Origin: a virus
Taxonomy: Duplodnaviria > Caudoviricetes
Length of the DNA: 38,479 bases
Virus record (IMG/VR): IMGVR_UViG_3300014656_000064
Coordinates: 1 to 38,479 of that record
Reading direction: 5' to 3' (one strand)
Shown here: one piece after another, positions 6,555-16,213 of the stretch
Numbering within the stretch: the first letter of the stretch is position 1
How the letters are laid out: every line of letters begins with the position of its first letter
Made by a program: the position numbers and the translations under genes
Notes under the pieces: model-generated
Seen by the model: the letters and a program-made list of their open reading frames with translations, nothing else
Databases searched by the model: none
Told to the model about the DNA's origin: nothing

Positions 6555-7367
6555 ATGAGAAATGATGTTTATGATTTTCCTATTGTTGAGAGAAAACTAA
6601 TTGTGGTGGGTATTGACAATCCAGATATGGATAGTTCACTCTATGTTCCAAATAAACGGGCAATTGTTCGAACAGATACAAATGAAGTACTTGGAATTGT
6701 TGGTTCTAATTATAAGGTTTTGACACACGAACAAGCATTGACGCCTATTCTTGATTCGTTTGCTAACCTCGGAGTCGAGATTAAGACAAATATTATTATT
6801 ACGGCAAGCGGTGCAAAGATGTTTGCCCATATCTATTTCCCACAGAAAGTTTTCAGCGTTGGTAAAGAAGACGACACAGTGTATCCTGGTGTCACCGTAA
6901 TCAATTCGCTAGATGGGACATTGAAGTACTTTACCGAAGCATTTCTGTATCGCACGATGTGTGAGAACGGGCTTAGAGTGCCACATGTTTTAGTATCAAC
7001 AAAAGGAATGCATTCCAAGAACGAGAATTTCGATGATATCGTTGAAAACATTCTAGAGAAAATTGGAAATAAAGAAGTATTTGATTCTTTTTCTAAGTGG
7101 GCAATAACAACGGTATCAGAAAATGAGATGTTAGGTCTTATTGATGCCGTTATCAAGAATCCCATGTGTTCATTTCCGGCTAGATATGAGGATTTGGTTA
7201 GATTACGCGCGGCTAAAGAAGTTTCATTTGGAATATGTTCTATTTGGGGTTTGTACAATGCATTCAATGGCGTTCTCGAGCATACATTAATTGGTGAAAA
7301 GGATAAGTATGAACGAGCACGTCTATTAGACCAGAATTTATTTAAGGTGTTTTCGTCAATGTTTTAA
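6555..7367 (+). CDS. DUF932/DUF945-like phage protein
   Basis: AIVRTDTNEVLGIVGSNYKVL..., INSLDGT, RTMCENG and SIWGLYNAF motifs characteristic of the family. Confidence 0.8.
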   Translation: MRNDVYDFPIVERKLIVVGIDNPDMDSSLYVPNKRAIVRTDTNEVLGIVGSNYKVLTHEQALTPILDSFANLGVEIKTNIIITASGAKMFAHIYFPQKVFSVGKEDDTVYPGVTVINSLDGTLKYFTEAFLYRTMCENGLRVPHVLVSTKGMHSKNENFDDIVENILEKIGNKEVFDSFSKWAITTVSENEMLGLIDAVIKNPMCSFPARYEDLVRLRAAKEVSFGICSIWGLYNAFNGVLEHTLIGEKDKYERARLLDQNLFKVFSSMF

Positions 7368-7402
7368 AAAATAATCTACAAACAAAAATAAGTAAACAAC
7401 AA

Positions 7403-7433
7403 GTCTCCTATGATATTTATTGTCATAGGAGAT
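7403..7433 (+). promoter_or_regulatory. hairpin sequestering the terminase RBS, containing the putative late promoter ATATTTAT
   Basis: TCTCCTATGA-TATTTATTG-TCATAGGAGA perfect 10-bp inverted repeat; AGGAGA (7427-7432) in the 3' arm. Confidence 0.7.
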
Positions 7434-7441
7434 TGTTTTGT

Positions 7442-9088
7442 ATGGGTAGAAGATCAAAAGAATACATGAAACAAGAGATGGAGAAATGCACGGCAGATCC
7501 ATTGTATTTCTTATTGACATACGGAAAAGTTCGCCATCCTAAACGTGGGATTATACCATTTGACCTTTATGACTATCAAATAGAATGTCTCAAGAATTAT
7601 ATAAAAAGCGATTATAATATTATTCTAAAATCGAGACAGACTGGTCTTTCTACAATTACCGCAGGATATATTGCTTGGTTATTAATTTTTTTTGGAGCAA
7701 AAGAAATAGCCGTTGTTGCTAACAAGCAGAAGAGTGCTCAAGGTTTCATACGTAAAGTGAAACTCATTATCAAACAATGTCCTTCCTGGATGGTTCCAAG
7801 AATCACATCAGACAACAAGGGTTCAATTGAATTGTCGAACCTATCTAAAGTTGACGCTGAATCAACCACGTCAGACTCAGCTAGATCGGAATCTCTTTCT
7901 TTATTAGTTATTGATGAGGCTGCAGCGATTGACACACATAAAGTCAATGACCTCTGGGCGGCTGCCTCTCCAACCTTATCTCTTGGTGGATCTGCTATTG
8001 TTATCTCAACACCAAAAGGTGTTGGAAATTGGTACCATAAACAATGGGAATCGGCAATACAAGGTCAATCTGAATTTGTACCATTTACAGCTCATTGGTC
8101 AGAGCATCCAGAATTTTCTATGGGCATGCATCGCGATGATGAAGGTAATCTAACTTCACCATGGTATGAAGCACAGAAAAAGCGATTACTATATAATAAG
8201 AGATTGATTGCTCAAGAATATGATATGAGCTTCCTTGGATCTGGTGATCAGGTTATAGAGGAAGATGTGATAAAGAAATTAGAAGTGAATCTTCGTCCAC
8301 CAATTGAAATTCGTGGATTCGACAATAATTTGTGGGTGTGGGAAAATCCTATTCAAACTGAAACGTATATTATAACGGCTGATGTTGGTAGAGGAGATGG
8401 TGGAGACTACTCTACGACTGAAGTTATAAAACTTAGCAATAAAGAACAAGTTGCAGAGTACAAAGGGTATCTACCACCAGATATGTTTGCTAAATTTTTA
8501 TCAGAACTTGGTCTAATGTATAATACCGCTATTATTGCTGTTGAAGCTAACAGCATAGGTCTTGCTACATGTTTAAAATTGGAAGAAATAGAATATCCAA
8601 ATATATATTATTCGATGAGAGGTGCGTTTACTAATCGTAATACTAGACAAATAGAACGAGCATTTAATAATGGAACAAGTAGTGTTCCAGGATTTCAAAC
8701 AACGTCTACAACTCGTCCACTTGCAATATCACATTTAGAAGAAGCTATAAGAACACAAACTCTGATCGTTCATTCTACTAGATTTATTAGCGAGCTTAGA
8801 ACGTTTATTTGGAAAAACGGTAAACAAGAAGCTTTGACTGGGTATCACGATGATTTGATTATGGCAATGGCTATCGCGATGCTAATTATATCAACAACGT
8901 TGAACGATATGATAAGCGCTAGAGAAAGCATTATTGCCTCAATACGTGCGATAAAGGGTTACTCTTCTAAAGTAGATGACGAGATTTCAGTTTCTAACGC
9001 AGCATTTATACGAAGGAAAGCAAAAGAAAATCCTTGGCAAATTATTACCAAGCAAGGAACGACAGAAGACCTGTCTTGGTTATTATAA
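7442..9088 (+). CDS. gp17: terminase large subunit (T4 gp17-like)
   Basis: ILKSRQTGLST (Walker A), LLVIDEAA (Walker B), ISTPKG (coupling motif), ADVGRGDGGDYS and HDDLIMA (nuclease). Start moved to ATG 7442 by RBS spacing. Confidence 0.95.
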   Translation: MGRRSKEYMKQEMEKCTADPLYFLLTYGKVRHPKRGIIPFDLYDYQIECLKNYIKSDYNIILKSRQTGLSTITAGYIAWLLIFFGAKEIAVVANKQKSAQGFIRKVKLIIKQCPSWMVPRITSDNKGSIELSNLSKVDAESTTSDSARSESLSLLVIDEAAAIDTHKVNDLWAAASPTLSLGGSAIVISTPKGVGNWYHKQWESAIQGQSEFVPFTAHWSEHPEFSMGMHRDDEGNLTSPWYEAQKKRLLYNKRLIAQEYDMSFLGSGDQVIEEDVIKKLEVNLRPPIEIRGFDNNLWVWENPIQTETYIITADVGRGDGGDYSTTEVIKLSNKEQVAEYKGYLPPDMFAKFLSELGLMYNTAIIAVEANSIGLATCLKLEEIEYPNIYYSMRGAFTNRNTRQIERAFNNGTSSVPGFQTTSTTRPLAISHLEEAIRTQTLIVHSTRFISELRTFIWKNGKQEALTGYHDDLIMAMAIAMLIISTTLNDMISARESIIASIRAIKGYSSKVDDEISVSNAAFIRRKAKENPWQIITKQGTTEDLSWLL

Positions 9089-9102
9089 GAAAGAAGTAAT
9101 TC

Positions 9103-10908
9103 ATGCCATTATTATTTAGACGACATAACGTAAAAAATGTATTTAACACTGATGAGAAACATCTTTCAAGTCAGAATATTGATCTGCCAACAAAATTGAC
9201 TTTGTTATTTAAGCGAGGTTTTGGTCGTCGTTATATTTCTAAACCAATTAACGACGATGCTCCAATAACTCCACAGCATAAGGAAGTTATAAAAAGCCAA
9301 CACAAACAATCTTCATATGATCATTATGTAAGAACAATGACGGTGGCTTCCGATCGTAAAAAAGCGTTTGATGATTATAAGATCATGGATTATTCTCCTG
9401 AAATTTCTTCTGCTCTTGATATCTATGCAGACGAATCTCTAACTCTTAATGAGTATGGTGACATTCTAACAATAAATAGTGATAACGCCAGAGTCAAAAA
9501 GGTTTTAGAGAATCTATTTGGTGACGTTATTGATATTAACCACCAGTTATGGAATTGGCTTCGTAATATGTGTAAGTACGGTGATTGGTTTGTACTTTTA
9601 GACGTACAACCAGAAAAAGGAGTTGTTGGATTTCTACCTCTTCCTGTTGCAGAGATACGAAGAGAAGAAGGATTTGATGATGATCCAAATAACGTGAAAT
9701 TTATTTGGGATACAAACGGTCTAGAATTTGATAATTGGCAAGTTGCACATTTTAGACTATTATCTGACGAAGAACGTATGCCATATGGTACGTCGGCTAT
9801 TGAAGCCGCTCGTTTATCTTGGAAACAGCTTAAACTTGCTGAAGACGCCATGCTAATATATCGTATTACTAGAGCACCTGAGCGCAGGGTGTTCTACATT
9901 GATGTAGGAAACATCGATCCAAAAGACGTAGATGCTTATATGGAGACTATAAAGCAAGAAATTAAGAGGACACCAGCTATCGACATCGCAACCGGGAATA
10001 TGGATATCAAATATCTTGCAATGTCGGTTGAAGAAGATTTATTTATTCCTAGACGCCACGATAAGACGGCTGAAATTGATACACTTCCCGGAGCATCTAA
10101 TCTGGATGAGATTGGTGATATTGAGTACATTCAACAGAAATTGTATTCAGCTTTGAAAATTCCTAAAGCATATTTCTCTGATGAAGCAGACATTAAATCT
10201 AAAGCAACACTTGCAAGTCAAGACTTTAGATTTGCGAGAACTATTAATAGATTTCAGCAAGCATTATTATCAACGATGAATCAGATTGCAATTATACATT
10301 TATATGCTCTTGGAATGAGAGATAAAGAACAACTTCTAGATTTCGAGTTATCTCTTACAAACCCATCATCACAAAGTGAATTAGAAAAGCTAGAGTTGTT
10401 GAATCAAAGAGCGTCAGTGTTTGATGCACTATGGGATGATTCAACTCTATCGCCGGCCTCATATGTGTGGGCAATGCAAGAAATATTTGGATTTGCTGAT
10501 GAGCAGATTAAGGTAATGATACGGCAACAAATGCTTGAAGGAAAGATGAAGTTGGAAATTGAGAATGCATCAATTGATCCAGAACTAGAACAAGCTAAAG
10601 CAGGATTTAAAGACATTGCTGATTTTGAAGACGCTCAAGAAAAGAAGCTAGAGCCAATAAAAAAGCTAGCGCCAGAAAAAAAGGAAAAACCAGCTCAGGT
10701 TTCTGATAATATTGAGAAACTATTTGCAACTATGAATATTCTTTCTGAAGATAAAAAAACCAAACCGAAAAAAGAGGTATTTAAACATAACAGCTTTATT
10801 GTTGGTGGTATCTTTAATATGTTGTCAAAATTTGACGACGCAGTAAATAATAAGCGTTCTATCGTAGAAGTGTATCAAGAACAGTTAGCAAAGAAAGGTA
10901 AGTCGTGA
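9103..10908 (+). CDS. gp20: portal protein (T4 gp20-like)
   Basis: EDAMLIYRITRAPERRVFYIDVGN signature; EIDTLPGASNL..IGDIEY..KLYSALKIP. Confidence 0.95.
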   Translation: MPLLFRRHNVKNVFNTDEKHLSSQNIDLPTKLTLLFKRGFGRRYISKPINDDAPITPQHKEVIKSQHKQSSYDHYVRTMTVASDRKKAFDDYKIMDYSPEISSALDIYADESLTLNEYGDILTINSDNARVKKVLENLFGDVIDINHQLWNWLRNMCKYGDWFVLLDVQPEKGVVGFLPLPVAEIRREEGFDDDPNNVKFIWDTNGLEFDNWQVAHFRLLSDEERMPYGTSAIEAARLSWKQLKLAEDAMLIYRITRAPERRVFYIDVGNIDPKDVDAYMETIKQEIKRTPAIDIATGNMDIKYLAMSVEEDLFIPRRHDKTAEIDTLPGASNLDEIGDIEYIQQKLYSALKIPKAYFSDEADIKSKATLASQDFRFARTINRFQQALLSTMNQIAIIHLYALGMRDKEQLLDFELSLTNPSSQSELEKLELLNQRASVFDALWDDSTLSPASYVWAMQEIFGFADEQIKVMIRQQMLEGKMKLEIENASIDPELEQAKAGFKDIADFEDAQEKKLEPIKKLAPEKKEKPAQVSDNIEKLFATMNILSEDKKTKPKKEVFKHNSFIVGGIFNMLSKFDDAVNNKRSIVEVYQEQLAKKGKS

Positions 10909-11711
10909 ACTTTGGAACAATATTAGATTCAGTAACAAAGCAATGTTTGATTGGTGTTGCAAATGGAAGAGAAAAAGAGTCAAAGAAATTAGCTAGATCT
11001 TTTTCAGATTATATACATTTGAAAGAAGCTTTAAGAAAGCAATTTTATGTGTATTATCAACTAAACACCGCTTTCATTAAGAATAGAAACACGGCTGAGA
11101 TGTTCGTGAAAGAAGTGTTCAACACTCTTAAGGAGTTCAACTTTGACGACATAAAGACGTATAATGCTATATTAGAAACGAAGTTTCCTTCTCCTAAGAT
11201 TAAGTCTACTCCGCTGAATCAATCGATAGCCGAGGTTATTCGTTATATGACTTCTGTTTGTGGTCAAAACCAAAAGAGTTATGTTGAAGCTTTGGAAACA
11301 ATTGTAGATAGTGTTGTAAAAGACAAGCTTACCCCAACAGAGACAGTTGAACGAATGACAGAAGAGATTGCAAATTCAGAGTTGAAGTTTTTGACACCAA
11401 GACACGTTGTGAAGATTGCTTTAAATAAGTTTAATAAGAAATACTCTGATGCGTTCAATGATGAAGACAAGAAAGTTTTTTTTACTCTCAAGGGTGGCGT
11501 TGTTGAAGATATTGAACATATGCATAGTGAATATATTGGTGAAGCAATGGAATTAAGTCATAACGCTGCAATCCCATCAGAGTTTGTACACAAAATTGAA
11601 AAATGTGTACATGTATGTAGTGAAGCGATTACGAATGATACAATTTTAGATGTATATGATTTGGTTTGTGAGTTACGAGATCTAACAAACGAGGAAGTAA
11701 ATAATGGGTAA
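10905..11711 (+). CDS. hypothetical protein in head module
   Basis: GTGA overlap with portal stop; 268 aa helical-looking ORF. Confidence 0.8.
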   Translation: MNFGTILDSVTKQCLIGVANGREKESKKLARSFSDYIHLKEALRKQFYVYYQLNTAFIKNRNTAEMFVKEVFNTLKEFNFDDIKTYNAILETKFPSPKIKSTPLNQSIAEVIRYMTSVCGQNQKSYVEALETIVDSVVKDKLTPTETVERMTEEIANSELKFLTPRHVVKIALNKFNKKYSDAFNDEDKKVFFTLKGGVVEDIEHMHSEYIGEAMELSHNAAIPSEFVHKIEKCVHVCSEAITNDTILDVYDLVCELRDLTNEEVNNG

Positions 11712-12249
11712 ATTTGGTCCAGGAACTAAGAGTGACATACACGTTAAGTCAAATAATTGGAAAGTGGCTGTTGGGGCTATTGAGAATAAAAATAGACCTG
11801 AGGGTCTTTATATTGTAATGTCTTCGTGGATTACGCCCAAAATGACAATTATGAAAGCGCAGAGCACAGCAACAAGTGAACCAGAAGCATTGGCTGTTGA
11901 GATTATAAAAAACTTTGGTAAAGAAGTTGAAAGAGCAAAACGCGGATTTGGTGGCTATTTTGATAGTACGTATTTCGATACAGCATCGTTAATCGTAACA
12001 TATGAAATAGCAGCATCGCAAGCAAAGCCAGGTAAACCTCAGTTTTTTGAGTTAGAAATAAATCTTGATACTGTAAATGATATTGATTTTAATGGTAATC
12101 CTGCTCCAGGATCTTCTGGTAAGATTAATACGATACCGTTCAAAGATTTCATTGCAACGGTAACTAAATCAATTAATAAAATTTTGGATAGTGATATATT
12201 TAATGATACAAAAGCAAGTGTAACCTTTGCAAAAGTTAAGAAGGGATGA
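11704..12249 (+). CDS. hypothetical protein in head module
   Basis: GAGGA RBS, tight packing, 181 aa. Confidence 0.8.
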   Translation: MGKFGPGTKSDIHVKSNNWKVAVGAIENKNRPEGLYIVMSSWITPKMTIMKAQSTATSEPEALAVEIIKNFGKEVERAKRGFGGYFDSTYFDTASLIVTYEIAASQAKPGKPQFFELEINLDTVNDIDFNGNPAPGSSGKINTIPFKDFIATVTKSINKILDSDIFNDTKASVTFAKVKKG

Positions 12250-12250
12250 G

Positions 12251-12610
12251 ATGAAAAAATCAGAGTTGAAAAAAATAATTAGAACTGTTATGTGTGAAGC
12301 CGATAATGATTCAAATCACATTAAAATTATGAACGCAAAATTAAAAGAACTTGGGTTTAAACCCGCTGTGAAAACACTTACATCAACAAACAATACTATT
12401 GAAACAGGAAAAGTTGATCCAAACAAACTCGGAGTGTTTGGTATGGTTTTCACAGATATTTCTTATACGGTTGACGTATACGATGAATATGACTATGGAA
12501 TGGAAATTAAGGTTGAATTCCGATATAAACACCCGGGTGGTGGAACAACTGGGAAAAGTATTTCATATGTTTATAGTTATGCTAAAAATAGTTGGGCGGT
12601 AAGAGGATGA
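12251..12610 (+). CDS. MKKSE-leader protein 1 (putative internal head protein)
   Basis: ATG 12251 directly after upstream stop; MKKSELKKIIRTVMCEAD. Confidence 0.8.
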   Translation: MKKSELKKIIRTVMCEADNDSNHIKIMNAKLKELGFKPAVKTLTSTNNTIETGKVDPNKLGVFGMVFTDISYTVDVYDEYDYGMEIKVEFRYKHPGGGTTGKSISYVYSYAKNSWAVRG

Positions 12611-12921
12611 AAAAATCAGAATTGCGACGAATCATTAAAGAGTGTATGATTGAAGAAGCTTCGCTTGGAAAAAGTCTAGAAGATGTTTCGGGTTCGCTAA
12701 CAAAGTTTCTTAAGGACAATTTAGATACAATTGCAATTCTAACTAATAATCCTGCTAAACTTAAAACATATTTAGAAAAAGAAATGAAAAGTCTAAAGGT
12801 GTCTGATGAATATTCAAAGAAATTTTTTATGGATTTAGATACTAAGAAAAGCGGTCTAGCTAGATTACAATTTATTACAAACACAATGTTAGCGGGTATG
12901 AAACTAGGTGTAATAAAATGA
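12607..12921 (+). CDS. MKKSE-leader protein 2
   Basis: ATGA overlap; MKKSELRRIIKECMIEEA. Confidence 0.8.
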   Translation: MKKSELRRIIKECMIEEASLGKSLEDVSGSLTKFLKDNLDTIAILTNNPAKLKTYLEKEMKSLKVSDEYSKKFFMDLDTKKSGLARLQFITNTMLAGMKLGVIK

Positions 12922-13511
12922 GTAAAAAATGTGTCATAACTGAATGGTTTGAATTAGATGTTGGTACCGAAGTGCTAGAAGAGTTGACAAAGAATCCAAG
13001 CTCTCCTGTTACGTTGCGTGATAAGTTACTTCAAAAGGCCAACATTAAAAACCATAATGGACGAATCTATCCTCGCGAAGTTTTGTTCAGAGAAGTTAAT
13101 AAGTACGCAGAATTTGTTCGCGACAGACGTGCATTAGGAGAACTGGATCATCCCGACTCTCCTATTGTTGAATTAAAGAACGTTTCGCATTTAATTACAG
13201 ATATTTATATGAAAGGCGATGAAGTTCGAGGTCATCTTGAAATTCTTAATACCCCACCTGGTCAGATATTAAAAAGTCTAATACAACAGGGTGTCAAGAT
13301 TGGAATTTCATCAAGAGGAATTGGTTCTTTACAGCAAGAAGCTGATATAAATATCGTCCAAGACGATTTTGAACTGATTGCTTTTGATGCAGTTTCATCT
13401 CCTAGTACTCCTGGTGCGTATTTAGTCGAAGGACTGCGACACGAAGTTGATAAATTCAACGGTTTGAGAAATATCCTTCACGGGATTTTAAAAGATTCAT
13501 ATTTTAAATGA
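12918..13511 (+). CDS. gp21: prohead core protease (T4 gp21-like)
   Basis: NHNGRIYP, ALGELDHP, NVSHLI, GISSRGIGS, DAVSSPSTPGA motifs. Confidence 0.95.
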   Translation: MSKKCVITEWFELDVGTEVLEELTKNPSSPVTLRDKLLQKANIKNHNGRIYPREVLFREVNKYAEFVRDRRALGELDHPDSPIVELKNVSHLITDIYMKGDEVRGHLEILNTPPGQILKSLIQQGVKIGISSRGIGSLQQEADINIVQDDFELIAFDAVSSPSTPGAYLVEGLRHEVDKFNGLRNILHGILKDSYFK

Positions 13512-13523
13512 GGAGAATCAAAA

Positions 13524-14558
13524 ATGAGCTATAAAAAAAGTATTATCAAGGACGCTATAATTGAAGCAAAAGAACTTGAGAAGACTGCTATCGAAAATGC
13601 CCAAGATATGGTGATGGAACAGTTTAAGCCTACGTTTGCCACGTTTTTCAGTGATCTTCTAAAGGAAGAGGATGAAGAGAATATGGAAGACGAAGAAGAA
13701 ACTTCTGATGAAGAAGATAAGGAAGAAGTTGAAGAAGGAACCGAACACGATATTGGTAAAGAGAAAGATGCTGGTAGAGATGATACTGATGCTGCAACCG
13801 ATAAGGTAAATGAAGAAGACGAAAATATGGATGATGAAGATGAGGATGGAGACTCAAATCTTCCTAGTGATGAAGATGAAGAAAAAAATATTGATATTCC
13901 CGACGAGTTGTTTGATATGGAAGAAGATGAAGAAGAAGCTGGAGAACCAGAACTGGCTAGTGATGAAGATGATGAAGAATTTGACTTCAGCATTGAAGAT
14001 GACGAAGATGAGGGTGAAGAACTCAAACTTCCTAGTGACAACGATGAAGTTGATGAAGAATTTGACTTCAATGACGATGAAGAAAGTGACTCCGAGGAAG
14101 CTGCTGATGAGGAAAAAGAAGAGTATGAAGAAGGACTCTACATAAGAAAAGAAGGCGAATTCAAGCCTATTACTCCTGCAGAATATCTGCAAACAAGAAT
14201 CAGCGAATTAGAAGAAGAAAACGAAAAACTGACTTCAGCCGTTGGTGCGTTGAATGGTCAGTTGAAGGAAACACATTTATTTAACGCAAAGCTTGCTCAT
14301 TTGAATAAGCTTTATCTAAGTGGTGCGTTTACTTCCAAAGAAAAAGAATCTATTGCAAAGAGACTTGATGGATGCGATTCTATTAACGAAGTTAAGAATT
14401 TGTATAAAACAATCGTGGCTGAAGTTAAGGAAAAGAATCCTCTAGATGATTTTTCTAATTTGATTAAAGAAGCTAGACTTAAGAAATCAACTAAGTCTGA
14501 AAAGGTTTTTGAATCTCCCGAAATGGCTCGTATGAGACGCATGGCGGGAATAGAATAA
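13524..14558 (+). CDS. prohead core scaffold protein (gp22 position)
   Basis: Highly acidic central region and coiled C-terminus, between protease and capsid genes; ends EMARMRRMAGIE. Confidence 0.8.
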   Translation: MSYKKSIIKDAIIEAKELEKTAIENAQDMVMEQFKPTFATFFSDLLKEEDEENMEDEEETSDEEDKEEVEEGTEHDIGKEKDAGRDDTDAATDKVNEEDENMDDEDEDGDSNLPSDEDEEKNIDIPDELFDMEEDEEEAGEPELASDEDDEEFDFSIEDDEDEGEELKLPSDNDEVDEEFDFNDDEESDSEEAADEEKEEYEEGLYIRKEGEFKPITPAEYLQTRISELEEENEKLTSAVGALNGQLKETHLFNAKLAHLNKLYLSGAFTSKEKESIAKRLDGCDSINEVKNLYKTIVAEVKEKNPLDDFSNLIKEARLKKSTKSEKVFESPEMARMRRMAGIE

Positions 14559-14572
14559 TAGAGGAGTAAATT

Positions 14573-16072
14573 ATGAGTGTACTACTAAAATCCGGAAAGG
14601 TCGGTAATATCCAACTTCACCAGCTTGCCGAACAACGCAAAAAGGTTGTTTCAGCGTGGGAAGAAACCGGTCTTTTAAAAGGATTAGACCCGATGATGAA
14701 GGCAAATATGGCTCAGCTTATGGAAAACCAGGCTGGGGCACTTCTAAACGAGGTCGACAACGTTACATCTAACGTTGCTGGTTTTGATATTTCTGTTTTC
14801 CCAATGCTGCGTAGAGTTTTTTCTAGATTGCTAGCAAACGAGATCGTTTCTGTGCAGCCTTTGAACCTACCTACAGGTTTGGTTTTCTATCTTGATCATC
14901 AGGTTGAAACAGTAACCACGGGTTCTCGTGGGACATATTCTACCGTGTATGATGCTCACTACAATAACGCTGGGTATGATTACTCACGCGGTACCGCTAC
15001 TACTGTTGGTTCATCCGCTACTACTCTTGCGATTGTTTCATCTAGTGCTGCAACACTGCAATACTCTGGTGGTGAAGAAAGTCTTGCATCACTACGGGTC
15101 TATGGTTGCTCAGCGAATACTGGATACGTTGTAATAGGTGGAGAAACAACTTATACTATTGATCCAATTACTTGGACTCAAGGTTTGTTCCACAATAACC
15201 AAATTGCAGTTAAGATTTCTGGATCTTCACAGAATGGCAACATTGTACATAGTGCTTACACTACATGGACAACTTATGCCGATTTAGAAGGTAGCAGCAA
15301 TATTGCAGAAGTGCGGCTAATCGTGACAAGTACAACCGTGAACGTCGGCTCTCGAAAGATGAAGGCTCACTGGACACAAGAACTTGCTCAAGATTTGGCA
15401 GCATACCATAGTATCGACGCTGAAGCAGAATTAACCGCGTTATTGTCAGAAGAGCTTGCAGCTGAAATCGACCGTGAAATTATCCGTGACCTAATTAACT
15501 TCGCTCCATACGAGACAAGTTGGTCATATGATAGATCGGCAACGGTGACAAGATCTGATGGCGTACAGATTCCTGGAGATCCTGCTAGTGGATATGTAAC
15601 TCAGAAGGAATGGAACCAAACTCTAATTACTCAAATTAATAAGATCAGTGCTCACATTAACAAGATGACACTTCGTGGAGGAGCAAACTTCCTAGTTGTT
15701 TCTACTGAAGTTGGATCTGTGTTGGAAGACCTTGAAAAGTTCCACGCTGTTAATGATACTGAAACTGAACAGTTTAATATGGGTATCGAAAAAGCTGGTA
15801 CATTGACTTCACGTTATACGGTATATAAGGATCCTTACTTGCCAGCAGAAATTTGTTTGATTGGTCATAAGGGTAAGAGCTTCATGGATACTGGATATGT
15901 GTACGCTCCGTACATTCCCTTTACCTTGACGCCGACTGTACTACACCCGGACGACTTTACACCTCGTAAGGGTATCATGACTCGTTATGCTAAGAAGGTA
16001 GTTAATAACAAGTATTATGGTTTGGTAAGAGTAATCTTCCCAACTAGCTATAATATCATTAACTATGCGTAA
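14573..16072 (+). CDS. gp23: major capsid protein (T4 gp23-like)
   Basis: LANEIVSVQPLNLPTGLVFYLD, SRKMKAHWTQELAQDLAAYHSIDAEAEL, EIDREII, TGYVYAPYIP, DDFTPRKGIMTRYA. Confidence 0.97.
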   Translation: MSVLLKSGKVGNIQLHQLAEQRKKVVSAWEETGLLKGLDPMMKANMAQLMENQAGALLNEVDNVTSNVAGFDISVFPMLRRVFSRLLANEIVSVQPLNLPTGLVFYLDHQVETVTTGSRGTYSTVYDAHYNNAGYDYSRGTATTVGSSATTLAIVSSSAATLQYSGGEESLASLRVYGCSANTGYVVIGGETTYTIDPITWTQGLFHNNQIAVKISGSSQNGNIVHSAYTTWTTYADLEGSSNIAEVRLIVTSTTVNVGSRKMKAHWTQELAQDLAAYHSIDAEAELTALLSEELAAEIDREIIRDLINFAPYETSWSYDRSATVTRSDGVQIPGDPASGYVTQKEWNQTLITQINKISAHINKMTLRGGANFLVVSTEVGSVLEDLEKFHAVNDTETEQFNMGIEKAGTLTSRYTVYKDPYLPAEICLIGHKGKSFMDTGYVYAPYIPFTLTPTVLHPDDFTPRKGIMTRYAKKVVNNKYYGLVRVIFPTSYNIINYA

Positions 16073-16094
16073 TTAGTATAATAGGTTAATATTT

Positions 16095-16128
16095 TGGGGA
16101 ACATACATGTGTTCCCCATTTTATTTTT
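16095..16128 (+). terminator. Rho-independent terminator after capsid gene
   Basis: TGGGGAACA-TACATG-TGTTCCCCA then TTTTATTTTT. Confidence 0.85.
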
Positions 16129-16213
16129 ATAGAGTAATTTTTATACCAGTTACTTTCGTCATTGTTATAAAGACTTGGATATTTATATACGTACAAAATT
16201 GGAAGGATTTTAA

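Noticed and set aside
13529-14192. Ser-rich and Phe-rich antisense ORFs and alternative-frame ORF over the scaffold gene
   Set aside because: Artefacts of GAA/GAT-rich acidic low-complexity coding; the short internal repeats there (e.g. gatgaagaatttgacttca twice) are ordinary for such linkers.
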